Source: Anaeramoeba ignava BMAN (Eukaryota; Protista; Anaeramoebae). Taken from it: DNA of 64,000 bases. The stretch is taken from positions 134,388-198,387 of the forward strand of contig JAPDFW010000109.1 in assembly GCA_028826165.1 (NCBI GenBank), given 5' to 3'. Below are positions 51,384 to 61,088 of this stretch, piece by piece (position 1 is the first letter of the stretch; the number at the start of each line of letters is the position of its first letter). The notes below the pieces were generated by a model that made no database searches, was not told where the DNA came from, and was given only the letters and a program-made list of their open reading frames with translations. The position numbers were made by a program, and so were the translations under genes.

Positions 51384-53138
51384 ATGAATGAAATTTTATT
51401 TTTTGGTTCAAATTACAAACCAACAATAATAAAAAATGAAACAGAAATAATAAAAAAACCAATTCAATTTAAATTTGAAAATGAAAATGAAAATGAAAAT
51501 GAAAAACAAATTAAACAAATTTCAACAAGTTATTTTTCAACAATTTTCCTTTTTGAAAATGGAAAAGCAATAGAATATTTAAATAAACCTGAAAAAATCC
51601 AAATTGAAGAAAATATTCAAAAAGTAACTGTTGGTTTTCAAAATGAAGCTATTTTAACAATAGAAGGAAATGTATTTGCCAAAGGAGAAGATATTAATCC
51701 AAATAACCTAAAAGAATTTAACAATATTTCATCATTAATTAAAGGTACAAATGATAGAATAATTGAAGATATTGTTTCTGGATACAATTCAATTTACTTA
51801 TTAACTTCAAATCAAAATGTTTACGGAATTGGTTCAAATTATTTTGGTCAACTTGGTTTTGATTCTGAAACACTTCAAAAAACAAAAAAACCAATTTTAA
51901 TGATGAAAAATGTTTCTAAAATATTTTCAGGAAATTCTTCAATTTCTCTTTTTCTTTTAAATTCAAATCAAGAATTATTTGGATGCGGATTAAATAGATA
52001 TGGTCAACTTGGATTAGGAGAATCAAGAAAAGAAGAATCAAAAATCCAAAAATTAACCAAAATCCAAAATATTCCAAAAGGCAAAATAATTGATATTCAA
52101 TGTGGATATTTTCATTCAATAATGTTGATTGAAAATGAAGATGAAAATCAAAATCAAAAAAGAAAACTTTATTCATGTGGATTTTCTGGAAATAATGGAC
52201 TTGACAAATATGAAAATACTTATGAATTTACTGAAATCAAATCATCTTTATTTGAAAATGATAATATTCTTGATTTTTCTGTTGGATATAATCATACTTT
52301 GATTTTAACTTCCAATTCAAAATTAATTGGATTTGGAAATAATTATAATGGTCAATTAGGAGGTGGAAATATATATGATCAAAGAATTCCAATTCAAATT
52401 GAACTTCCTAAATTAAGATTTAATGAAAATATTTCTAATTATCATATTTCTTGTGGAAATGATAGATCATTTCTTTATTATTCTTCTCCTCCTTCTTTTT
52501 CCAATCTTGAAGAAGATTTGATAAAATTATTTGAAAGAAAAGAATTTTGTGATATTTCATTTAAAACAGAAAATGGTGAAATAATTGAAGCTCATAAATT
52601 AATATTAAAATATAGATTAAATCAAAATCAAAATCAAATTGAAAAACTTCAAGAAATTATTTCAAAAAAATCAATTAAAGAATCAAATCAAATATTTGAA
52701 ATGATTTATTCAAACAAAATAATAAATCTAAAATTATATTCTGAAATTAAAGAAATTATAAATTCCAATGAAAAAATTGAAGAAACAATGAAAAGAATTT
52801 ATTTAAATGAAAATGAAAATGAAAAAGATTTTATAATTGAAAGAAAAGAAAAACAATATAAATTTCCTAAATTAATATTAATAATGAGAAGTGAATTATA
52901 TCGAGGAATGTTTTTATCTGTAACAAATGATACTTCTAATAAAGTTACAGATTATAGTGAATTAAGTAATAAATCATTTCAAATATTTGAATATTGGATT
53001 TATTCAAATCAAATTAAAGAAGAAATTCAAATTACACAAGAAATAATTGATGAAATGGAAAGAGGAATTGATTATTTTCAATTAAATCAAACAAATCCAA
53101 ATTTATTTGATTTATTAATTAGGAAATTTAATAATTAA
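51384..53138 (+). CDS. RCC1-repeat/BTB protein, copy J
   Basis: Intact 584-aa ORF. Confidence 0.92.
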   Translation: MNEILFFGSNYKPTIIKNETEIIKKPIQFKFENENENENEKQIKQISTSYFSTIFLFENGKAIEYLNKPEKIQIEENIQKVTVGFQNEAILTIEGNVFAKGEDINPNNLKEFNNISSLIKGTNDRIIEDIVSGYNSIYLLTSNQNVYGIGSNYFGQLGFDSETLQKTKKPILMMKNVSKIFSGNSSISLFLLNSNQELFGCGLNRYGQLGLGESRKEESKIQKLTKIQNIPKGKIIDIQCGYFHSIMLIENEDENQNQKRKLYSCGFSGNNGLDKYENTYEFTEIKSSLFENDNILDFSVGYNHTLILTSNSKLIGFGNNYNGQLGGGNIYDQRIPIQIELPKLRFNENISNYHISCGNDRSFLYYSSPPSFSNLEEDLIKLFERKEFCDISFKTENGEIIEAHKLILKYRLNQNQNQIEKLQEIISKKSIKESNQIFEMIYSNKIINLKLYSEIKEIINSNEKIEETMKRIYLNENENEKDFIIERKEKQYKFPKLILIMRSELYRGMFLSVTNDTSNKVTDYSELSNKSFQIFEYWIYSNQIKEEIQITQEIIDEMERGIDYFQLNQTNPNLFDLLIRKFNN

Positions 53139-53209
53139 AATTAAAATTAAAATTAAAATTAAAAATTTATTTTTTCATTTTTCATTTTTTCATTTTTTTC
53201 TTTTCAAAA

Positions 53210-55012
53210 ATGAATGATTGTTTATTTTTTGGTTACAATAACAATCCAAAACTAATCAAAAATAAATCATTAATAATAACAAAACCAATTCAATTTAAAT
53301 TTAAATTTGAAAATGAAAATGAAAATGAAAAACAAATTAAACAAATTAAACAAATTTCAACAGGTTATTCTGGAACAATTTTCCTTTTTAAAAATGGAAA
53401 AGCAATAGAATATTTAAGAGATTCAAAACAAAATCCATCAAAAATCCAAATTGAAGAAAATATTCAAAAAGTAACTTTTGGTGATGAAAATGAAGCTATT
53501 TTAACAAAAGAAGGAAAAGTATTTGCCAAAGGAGAAAATATTAATCCAAAAAATTCAAATGAATTTATCAATATTTCATCATTAATTGAAGATAAAAATG
53601 ATAGAATAATTCAAGATATTGTTTCTGGTGCATATCAATCAATTTACTTATTAACTTCAAATCAAAATGCTTATGGATTTGGTGACAATTTATATGGTCA
53701 ATTTGATTTTGATTCTAAAACACTTAAAAAAACAGAAAAACCAATTTTAATGATGAAAAATGTTTCTAAAATATTTTCAGGAAATACTTCAAATCATGTT
53801 TTTCTTTTAAATTCAAATCAAGAATTATTTGGATGCGGATATAATTATTTTGGTGAACTTGGATTAGGAGAATCAAGAAAAGAAGAAGAAATCCAAAAAT
53901 TAACCAAAATCCAAAATATTCCAAAAGGTAAAATAATTGATATTCAATCAGGGTTTAATCATTCAATAATGTTGATTGAAAATGAAAATGAAAATGAAAA
54001 TCAAAATCAAAATCAAAATGAAAATGAAAATCCAAAAAGAAAATTTTATTCATGTGGTGATTATCAATATAATGGACTTGGCAAAAATGAAAATACTTAT
54101 GAATTTACTGAAATCAAATCATCTTTATTTGAAAATGATTATATTCTTGATTTTTCTGTTGGAGGTAATCATACTTTGATTTTAACATCCAATTCAAAAT
54201 TAATAGGATTTGGATGGAATTTTTATGGTCAATTAGGAACTGGAGATACAAAATATCAATTAATTCCAATTCAAATTGAACTTCCTAAATTAAGATTTAA
54301 TGAAAATATTTCTAATTATCATATTTCTTGTGGAGAATACAAATCATTTCTTTATTATTCTCCTCCTTCTTTTTCCAATCTTGAAGAAGATTTGATAAAA
54401 TTATTTAGAAGAAAAGAATTTTGTGATATTTCATTTAAAACAGAAAATGGAGAAATAATTGAAGCTCATAAATTAATATTGAAATATAGATTAAATCAAA
54501 ATCAAAATGAAATTGAAAAACTTCAAGAAATTATTTCAAATAAATCAATTAAAGAATCAAATCAAATATTTGAAATGATTTATTCAAACAGAATTATAAA
54601 TCCAAAATTATATTCTGAAATCAAAGAAATTATAAATTTAAATGAAAAAAATGAAGAAACAATTAAAAGAATTTATTTAAATGAAAATGAAAAAGATTTT
54701 ATAATTGAAAGAAAAGAAAAACAATATAAATTTCCAAAATTAATATTAATAATGAGAAGTGAATTATATCGAGGAATGTTTTTATCTGTTACAGAAGATA
54801 CTTCTAATAAAGTTACAGATTATAGTGAATTAAGTAATAAATCATTTCAAATATTTGAATATTGGATTTATTCAAATCAAATTAAAGATGAAATTGAAAT
54901 TACACAAGAAATTATTCAAGAATTAGAAACAGGAATTGATTATTTTCAATTAAATCAAACAAATCCAAATTTATTTGATTTATTAATTAATAAATTTAAT
55001 AATCAAAATTAA
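53210..55012 (+). CDS. RCC1-repeat/BTB protein, copy K
   Basis: Intact 600-aa ORF. Confidence 0.92.
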   Translation: MNDCLFFGYNNNPKLIKNKSLIITKPIQFKFKFENENENEKQIKQIKQISTGYSGTIFLFKNGKAIEYLRDSKQNPSKIQIEENIQKVTFGDENEAILTKEGKVFAKGENINPKNSNEFINISSLIEDKNDRIIQDIVSGAYQSIYLLTSNQNAYGFGDNLYGQFDFDSKTLKKTEKPILMMKNVSKIFSGNTSNHVFLLNSNQELFGCGYNYFGELGLGESRKEEEIQKLTKIQNIPKGKIIDIQSGFNHSIMLIENENENENQNQNQNENENPKRKFYSCGDYQYNGLGKNENTYEFTEIKSSLFENDYILDFSVGGNHTLILTSNSKLIGFGWNFYGQLGTGDTKYQLIPIQIELPKLRFNENISNYHISCGEYKSFLYYSPPSFSNLEEDLIKLFRRKEFCDISFKTENGEIIEAHKLILKYRLNQNQNEIEKLQEIISNKSIKESNQIFEMIYSNRIINPKLYSEIKEIINLNEKNEETIKRIYLNENEKDFIIERKEKQYKFPKLILIMRSELYRGMFLSVTEDTSNKVTDYSELSNKSFQIFEYWIYSNQIKDEIEITQEIIQELETGIDYFQLNQTNPNLFDLLINKFNNQN

Positions 55013-55079
55013 AATTAAAATCAAAATTAAAATTAAAATTAAAAAAAATTTTTTTCATTTTTCATTTTTCATTTTAAAA

Positions 55080-57941
55080 ATGAAATCATTAGTTTATGGA
55101 TGGGGTTCTAATTCATATGGACAAATACCACATGGAAAAGAACAAAAATCAATTAATACTCCTGTGAAAATTAAAACATTTCAAAAACAAAGAATTATTC
55201 AAATAGTACCAAGTGAAAGAACCACCATTTTTCTTAATTATAATGGAGAAATTTTTGAATTTGGAGATGATGAATTTCCAATTATTCATACAATTAAAAA
55301 GAGAAAAACTATTAAAAAACTTTCTGCTGGAAATTCCCATTTTTTTATTTTAACAAGTGAATTCATTTATTCGTACTTTTTTTTTTGAAAATATTTAAAT
55401 TCAAAAAATATTTAATTCAAAAAATATTTAATTATAAAAAATATTTCAAAAAATATTAAATTCAAAAATATTTAATTCAAAAATATTCAATTCAAAAATA
55501 TTTCATAAAATATTTAATTCATAAAATATTTCATAAAATATTTAATTCAAAAATATTTAAATTTGAAAATATTTAAAAATATTTAAATTCAAAAATATTT
55601 AATTCAAAAATATTTAATTCAAAAATATTTAAATTCAAAAATATTTAAAATAAAATATTTAATCCAAAAAATATTAAATTCAAAAATATTTTAATATAAA
55701 AAATATTCAAAATAAAATATTTAAATTTGAAAATATTTTTAATATAAAAATATTCAAAATAAAATATTTAAATATGAAAATATTTCAAAAATATTAAATT
55801 CATAAAATATTCAAAATAAAATATTTAATTCAAAAATATTAAATTCATAAAATATTTAAAAATATTTAAATCCAAAAATATTTAATTCAAAAATATTTAA
55901 TTCAAAAATATTTATTTCATAAAATATTTAAATTCAAAAATATTTAAATTCAAAAATATTTCATAAAAATATTTAATTCAAAAATATTTAAAATAAAATA
56001 TTTAATTCAAAAAATATTTAAATTCAAAAATATTTAATTCAAAAATAAAATATTTAAATTCAAAAATATTAAATTCAAAAATATTAAATTCAAAAATATT
56101 TAAAATAAAAATATTTAATCCAAAAATATTTAAATTCAAAAATAAAATATTCAAATTCAAAAATATTCAAACTAAAAATATTTAAATTTGAAAATATTCA
56201 AAATAAAATATTTAAATTTGAAAATATTCAAAATAAAATATTCAAAATAAAATATTCAAAATAAAATATTCAAATTCAAAAAATATTTAATTCAAAAAAT
56301 ATTTAATTCATAAATATTTAAAAAAAATATTTAAATCCAAAAAATATTTAATAAAAATATTTAAATTCAAAAATATTTAAATCCAAAAATATTTATTTCA
56401 TAAAATATTTAAATTTGAAAATATTTAAAAAAAAATATTTAAATTTATATTTAAATCCAAAAAATATTCAAAAAAAAATATTCAAATCTTTAAATTTAAA
56501 AAATATTAAATATAAAAGTTGGGGAAGTAATAAATTTGGACAGCTTGCATTACCAGAAGATTATCGAAGCTATGTAGGAACACCAACACAAAATCGTTTT
56601 TTCTTTGAAAAAGCAATATCAGTTCACGATATTATATGTGGAAAAAATCAAACATATTTTATCACAAACAACTGTCAACTTTACAGTTGTGGTGCAAATC
56701 AAAACGGACAACTTGGAGTAGCCACTATTCCTAGTTCAAACAGACCACTTCTTTGCGCAAATAATGTTCAGAGAGTATTTTCCGGATTGAGTTCAGAGTT
56801 TTTCTATTTCCAAGACTTAAACGGCCAATTATTTTCTTGTGGACTCAATTTACAAGGCCAACTTTCACTTAATCACCAAAAAAATATAAGCATTCCAAAC
56901 AAAATCATAACAGAAAACAATCCAAAATTCCCAATCGGCGCAATCCTCAAAATAGCTACAGGACAAAACCATAGTTTCCTTCTTGCGCAAAGAAAAACAA
57001 CCTCCTCAAATCCTGAGAATTTTGTTTATTTTGTTGGATCAAATCAAAAACTCATTTTTTCAGTTGTTGATTTTCTTGTGAATAAAAATATCACTGATAT
57101 TTCTTCATCATCAACTCATTCACTTGCAATCACAAGTCAAAATGATGTTTATATTTGGAAAGCGGGAGAGCCAATAGATAAATTCCACGAAATGGTCATT
57201 GATCCAAACATTTCGTTTGAAAACCACTCAATCAAAGTTGTTTGTGGTGAAGACACTTCATTTGTGTTTTCTTTAGTTTCCAAAAGTTTGATTTCTGACT
57301 TCCAGAATTTGTTAGAAAGAAAGGAATTCACTGATATTGAAATACCCACAAACTCACAAAAAATACCTGCGCATCGACTGATAATTGAGCTTCGAATCGG
57401 GAAAGAAAATGTTTCCAAATTGATCCAAATTTCATACTCAAAATCAACATTTGAAGTTTTTGATTTCCTCAGTTTTATCTACAGTGGAATATCAAATAGC
57501 ACTATAATACCAATAGCCAAGCAACTCGGATTCGACGAGAATTGGGTCGCAAATAAATCTGGCAAGAAAGGTCTAATTCGCGATTTGGAACGCTTGTATT
57601 CTGACGAAGACTCAAAGGACTTCATCATTATTGCTCAGGAAAAAATCAAAGTTCATCGATTAATTCTTATTGCAAGAAGTGATTTGTACAGAGGAATGTT
57701 CTTGAATGTTAACGATAGCTCGAATTGTGTGAATGACTATAGCGGAAGAAGTGCTCATAGTATCAAACAAGTTATCCAATTTTTGTATCTGAATAAAATT
57801 GATGAAGATCTTTCTGTTGAAATTGTTGATGAACTTTTTGATGCTTCTGAATATTATCAATTAAATGATCTCCTTTATTTTAATTTAATAATTGATAAAA
57901 TTCGTCAAAAACAAATTAGAGAAAAGAAAAGAGAATTTTAA
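55080..57941 (+). CDS. Divergent RCC1-repeat/BTB protein of a different subfamily; 2 exons
   Basis: Exons 55080-55372 and 56519-57941. Removing the GT(55373)-AG(56518) intron gives LTSEFIYS-WGSNKFGQL. C-terminal EFTDIEI...AHRLII and VHRLILIARSDLYRGMF. Confidence 0.85.
55373..56518 (+). repeat. 1146-bp intron filled with (aaaatatttaaattc)n-like repeat
   Basis: GT-AG boundaries; degenerate tandem repeat interior. Confidence 0.85.
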
Positions 57942-58047
57942 AAAAAAACTGAAAAAAAAATAGTTTTATTTTTTCTTTTTTTAAAAAAGCAAAAAAAAAG
58001 TGGATCAAAAAAAAAAATTTTTTTTTTTTCAAGTTTTGTTTTTTGAA

Positions 58048-60906
58048 TTAATCAAGATTTTCTTGATCACTTGAAATTAATCTTTCTTGAGCTAAATTCA
58101 TATCTTGATGAATTTCTTTATGATGAGATTTCTTTTTACGAATCAAAACAATAGCAATAATAACTATTGCAATTACAACAATAGGAACAATAACAGCTGC
58201 TGCAATTACTCCTGCTTTACTAGAACTAGAAGTAGATGTAGATGGATTTGGTGGAAATATTTGTACCAAAGAAGTTGAAGGAGAACCAGAATAATTACTT
58301 ACTGAGCAATTATCAAGTGCTGATGCAAAAACTGAAATCAAATAAACTTCTCCTTCTTTTAAATTGTTTTGTGTAAATTCTGTTTGATTTGAATTTAAAA
58401 ATTCTGTTGTTGAATTGCAACTGAAACAATATCCTTTTAATCCTTCTGATAATAATAATCCATTCCAATTACATTTAATTGATGTATCTATTGCTGAGCA
58501 ACTTAATGATTCAATATTTCCTAATTTTGCAATCATTGAAACTGATGAACTTGATGGTCCTAATAATGATATATTACATGTTGATTCTGAACATCCACTA
58601 ATTAAAATAGTATAAAGAACATTTCCTGGAATATTATCTTTAACTCCATAAACATTTTCTCCACTTTCATTAATTTGATCAAAATGATTCCATGTGTTTC
58701 CATTATCAATAGAAATTAAATATCCATAATTTCTTTCAATTTTACTAAAGTTAATTTGGAATTCTTGAATTCCTCCATTCCAATATAAAATATTTGGTTT
58801 TGTTAATTTTGTTTTGATATTAATTGTTGAAATATCTCCACAATTTGAATTGGAATCACATGCTGAAACATTAATTGTATATTCTTCATTTGGAATTAAT
58901 GCTGTGAAATTATATGATGTTGTTGTAATTTGAATTGAATTTGAATCATTTGAATCATTTGATGAATATGAAAAAGTATAATTTGTTGGAATTCTTGAAC
59001 CTGAAGGTTGATTCCAATTACATTCAATATTAATTGAATTTGAAATTGAACAACTTAAATTGTAAACTTTCCCAAATAAAGTAAATATTGAATTTGAAAC
59101 AATTTCTCCTTGATTTTGATTTAAACATTCTTCATTTGAACAACTCCAAATTGAAACTGAATAATTTGTGTTTGATAATAAATTTGAAGTTAGAATTGCA
59201 GATTTTGAGGAATTTGGGAATGATAATTGAGTTTGATTTGAAGAATTTGATTGATATGAAATGATATAATGATCAAGTTTTGGAGTTGAATTAACAAGAG
59301 GCACATCAGGATAATCCCAAGAAACAGAAATTTGAGAATTTAATAAAGCAGAAAGTGATAAATTCTTAACAGAATCAATTCTTGTTGTTAAATTCCAAGG
59401 ATTAGAAGCATCACCACAAACATTCATAAAAGAATCACAAGCACGAATTTGGATTGAATAATCAACATTTCCAGAAATATTGGGATATTGAGAAGAATTG
59501 AATAATTGAGAATAAATTGAATTGTTCAAAAGAGGATTTTGAATTGAAATCCATTGTTGATCATAATAAATTTGATAATCAACATTTGAACCAATAATTT
59601 GATTCCAATAGCAAGCAAATTGAGAAAATAAAGAAACACAACTTTGAATATTAACTTGGGGAATAGAGGAGGAATTAGTAAAAACATAGGATTTCCCTTG
59701 TAAAGAATTATTATTCACATTTGCATGAGAAGCACCAACAATAAAGGATGAATTATAGAGAGCAACACTTTTGCCAAAATAGTCACCATTTGTACCATCA
59801 CTTGGAAATAATGATAATTGTTGAGTCCAAACAGAATCCATTTTTTCAAAAACATAACCTTTCCCATTTGATCCTTCTGAAAGTTTTTGATATCCATAAG
59901 AACCAACAATACTCAAATTCCCGAAAATAGCTGAACTAACACCAAAAGAGGCAAAATTTGAGTCATTTGGAATAAGGATTTGGCTTTGAATCCAATTTGA
60001 ACCATTCATTTCAAAAAGATAAGCTTTCCCTTTGTTAGAGGAGTTTGTGTAAACAACACCAGGTGCTCCAATTATAATGGAATCATCTTGAGAAATTCCA
60101 ACTGAATATCCAAAATAGTCACTATAAGAACCATCACTAGCTGTCAAAATTTGCTTTTCAATCCAATTTGTTCCGTTATTTTGAAAAATATAAGATTTTC
60201 CTTGTGAAAGATTAGCGCCAACATTTGCATAAGGTGCGCCAATAATTGTGTAATTTCCAGAAATTGAAAGTGAATATCCAAAATTACTTCCAGCATTTCC
60301 ATCACTAGCTGTCAAAATTTCTTGTTGAATCCAATTTGTTCCGTTATTTTGAAAAATATAAGCTTTTCCTTGATAAGTATTATTACTAAGATTTGCATAA
60401 GGCGAACTAATAATAATATAATTAACATCTTGAGAAATTCCAACTGAATATCCAAAATTATCACCTGAATTACCATCACTAGCTGTCAAAATTTGCTTTT
60501 CAATCCAATTTGTTCCGTTATTTTGAAAAATATAAGCTTTTCCTTGATTTGAAGTATTCCATAAATTTGCTGAATAAGCGCCAACAATAATATAATTTTC
60601 ATCTTGAGAAATTTGAACAGAAAATCCAAAATTATCGCCTGAATTACCATCACTAGCTGTCAATGTCAGATATTGAACCCAATTTGAACCATTTTTTTGG
60701 AAAATATAAACTTTTCCTTGTTCAGGATTATTTCCAACTTGTGAATTTGGTGAACCAATAACTACATAATTTTGAGTAATTGAAACTGATTTTCCAAAAT
60801 TATCATTCAATTCACCATCATTTGAAATTAATTGAGTTTCATTTACAAATAATTGAGTTTTTATTAAAAAGAAAAGAAGTTGAAATAAGATTAAATTTTT
60901 AATCAT
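58048..60906 (-). CDS. Type I membrane protein: signal peptide, ~7 FG-GAP repeats (beta-propeller), fibronectin type III-like repeats, TM helix, short tail
   Basis: 952 aa; repeated LTASDG..GD.FGYSV.IS...IIIGAP...QGKAYIF; FN3-like ISVSWDYP...YIISY...NTNYSVSIWS; TM GVIAAAVIVPIVVIAIVIIAIVLI followed by RKKK. Confidence 0.9.
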   Translation of the reverse strand: MIKNLILFQLLFFLIKTQLFVNETQLISNDGELNDNFGKSVSITQNYVVIGSPNSQVGNNPEQGKVYIFQKNGSNWVQYLTLTASDGNSGDNFGFSVQISQDENYIIVGAYSANLWNTSNQGKAYIFQNNGTNWIEKQILTASDGNSGDNFGYSVGISQDVNYIIISSPYANLSNNTYQGKAYIFQNNGTNWIQQEILTASDGNAGSNFGYSLSISGNYTIIGAPYANVGANLSQGKSYIFQNNGTNWIEKQILTASDGSYSDYFGYSVGISQDDSIIIGAPGVVYTNSSNKGKAYLFEMNGSNWIQSQILIPNDSNFASFGVSSAIFGNLSIVGSYGYQKLSEGSNGKGYVFEKMDSVWTQQLSLFPSDGTNGDYFGKSVALYNSSFIVGASHANVNNNSLQGKSYVFTNSSSIPQVNIQSCVSLFSQFACYWNQIIGSNVDYQIYYDQQWISIQNPLLNNSIYSQLFNSSQYPNISGNVDYSIQIRACDSFMNVCGDASNPWNLTTRIDSVKNLSLSALLNSQISVSWDYPDVPLVNSTPKLDHYIISYQSNSSNQTQLSFPNSSKSAILTSNLLSNTNYSVSIWSCSNEECLNQNQGEIVSNSIFTLFGKVYNLSCSISNSINIECNWNQPSGSRIPTNYTFSYSSNDSNDSNSIQITTTSYNFTALIPNEEYTINVSACDSNSNCGDISTINIKTKLTKPNILYWNGGIQEFQINFSKIERNYGYLISIDNGNTWNHFDQINESGENVYGVKDNIPGNVLYTILISGCSESTCNISLLGPSSSSVSMIAKLGNIESLSCSAIDTSIKCNWNGLLLSEGLKGYCFSCNSTTEFLNSNQTEFTQNNLKEGEVYLISVFASALDNCSVSNYSGSPSTSLVQIFPPNPSTSTSSSSKAGVIAAAVIVPIVVIAIVIIAIVLIRKKKSHHKEIHQDMNLAQERLISSDQENLD

Positions 60907-61088
60907 TTTATTTTTATAAGAAAAATTGGAAAAATTGGAAGAATGAAAAATGAAAAATTTTTATTTATTTTTATTTTTGGCCACTAAATAATAATTAGTC
61001 ATTATTTAATAAAAATTTTTCATTTTTAAATTTCATTTTTCTTTTCTTTTTTTTATTCTATTTAATAAATTAAAAAGCAAAAATAAAA

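Noticed and set aside
25760-55012. Diversity-generating retroelement as the source of RCC1 variability
   Set aside because: No reverse transcriptase or template repeat in the window. Variation includes indels and non-adenine changes and is shared in blocks, which fits recombination better.
55373-56518. Second U12-type intron
   Set aside because: The donor is GTACTTT rather than GTATCCTT and no U12 branch point is visible; treated as U2-type.
56415-56518. N-terminal ORF extensions at 56415, 30070 and 48795
   Set aside because: These are TTG starts in intronic or leader repeats; paralogue comparison and splicing give better starts.
43999-59930. Short antisense or overlapping ORFs inside the RCC1-BTB, ankyrin and FG-GAP genes
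   Set aside because: Shadow frames of the real genes; they recur only because the sense genes are paralogous.
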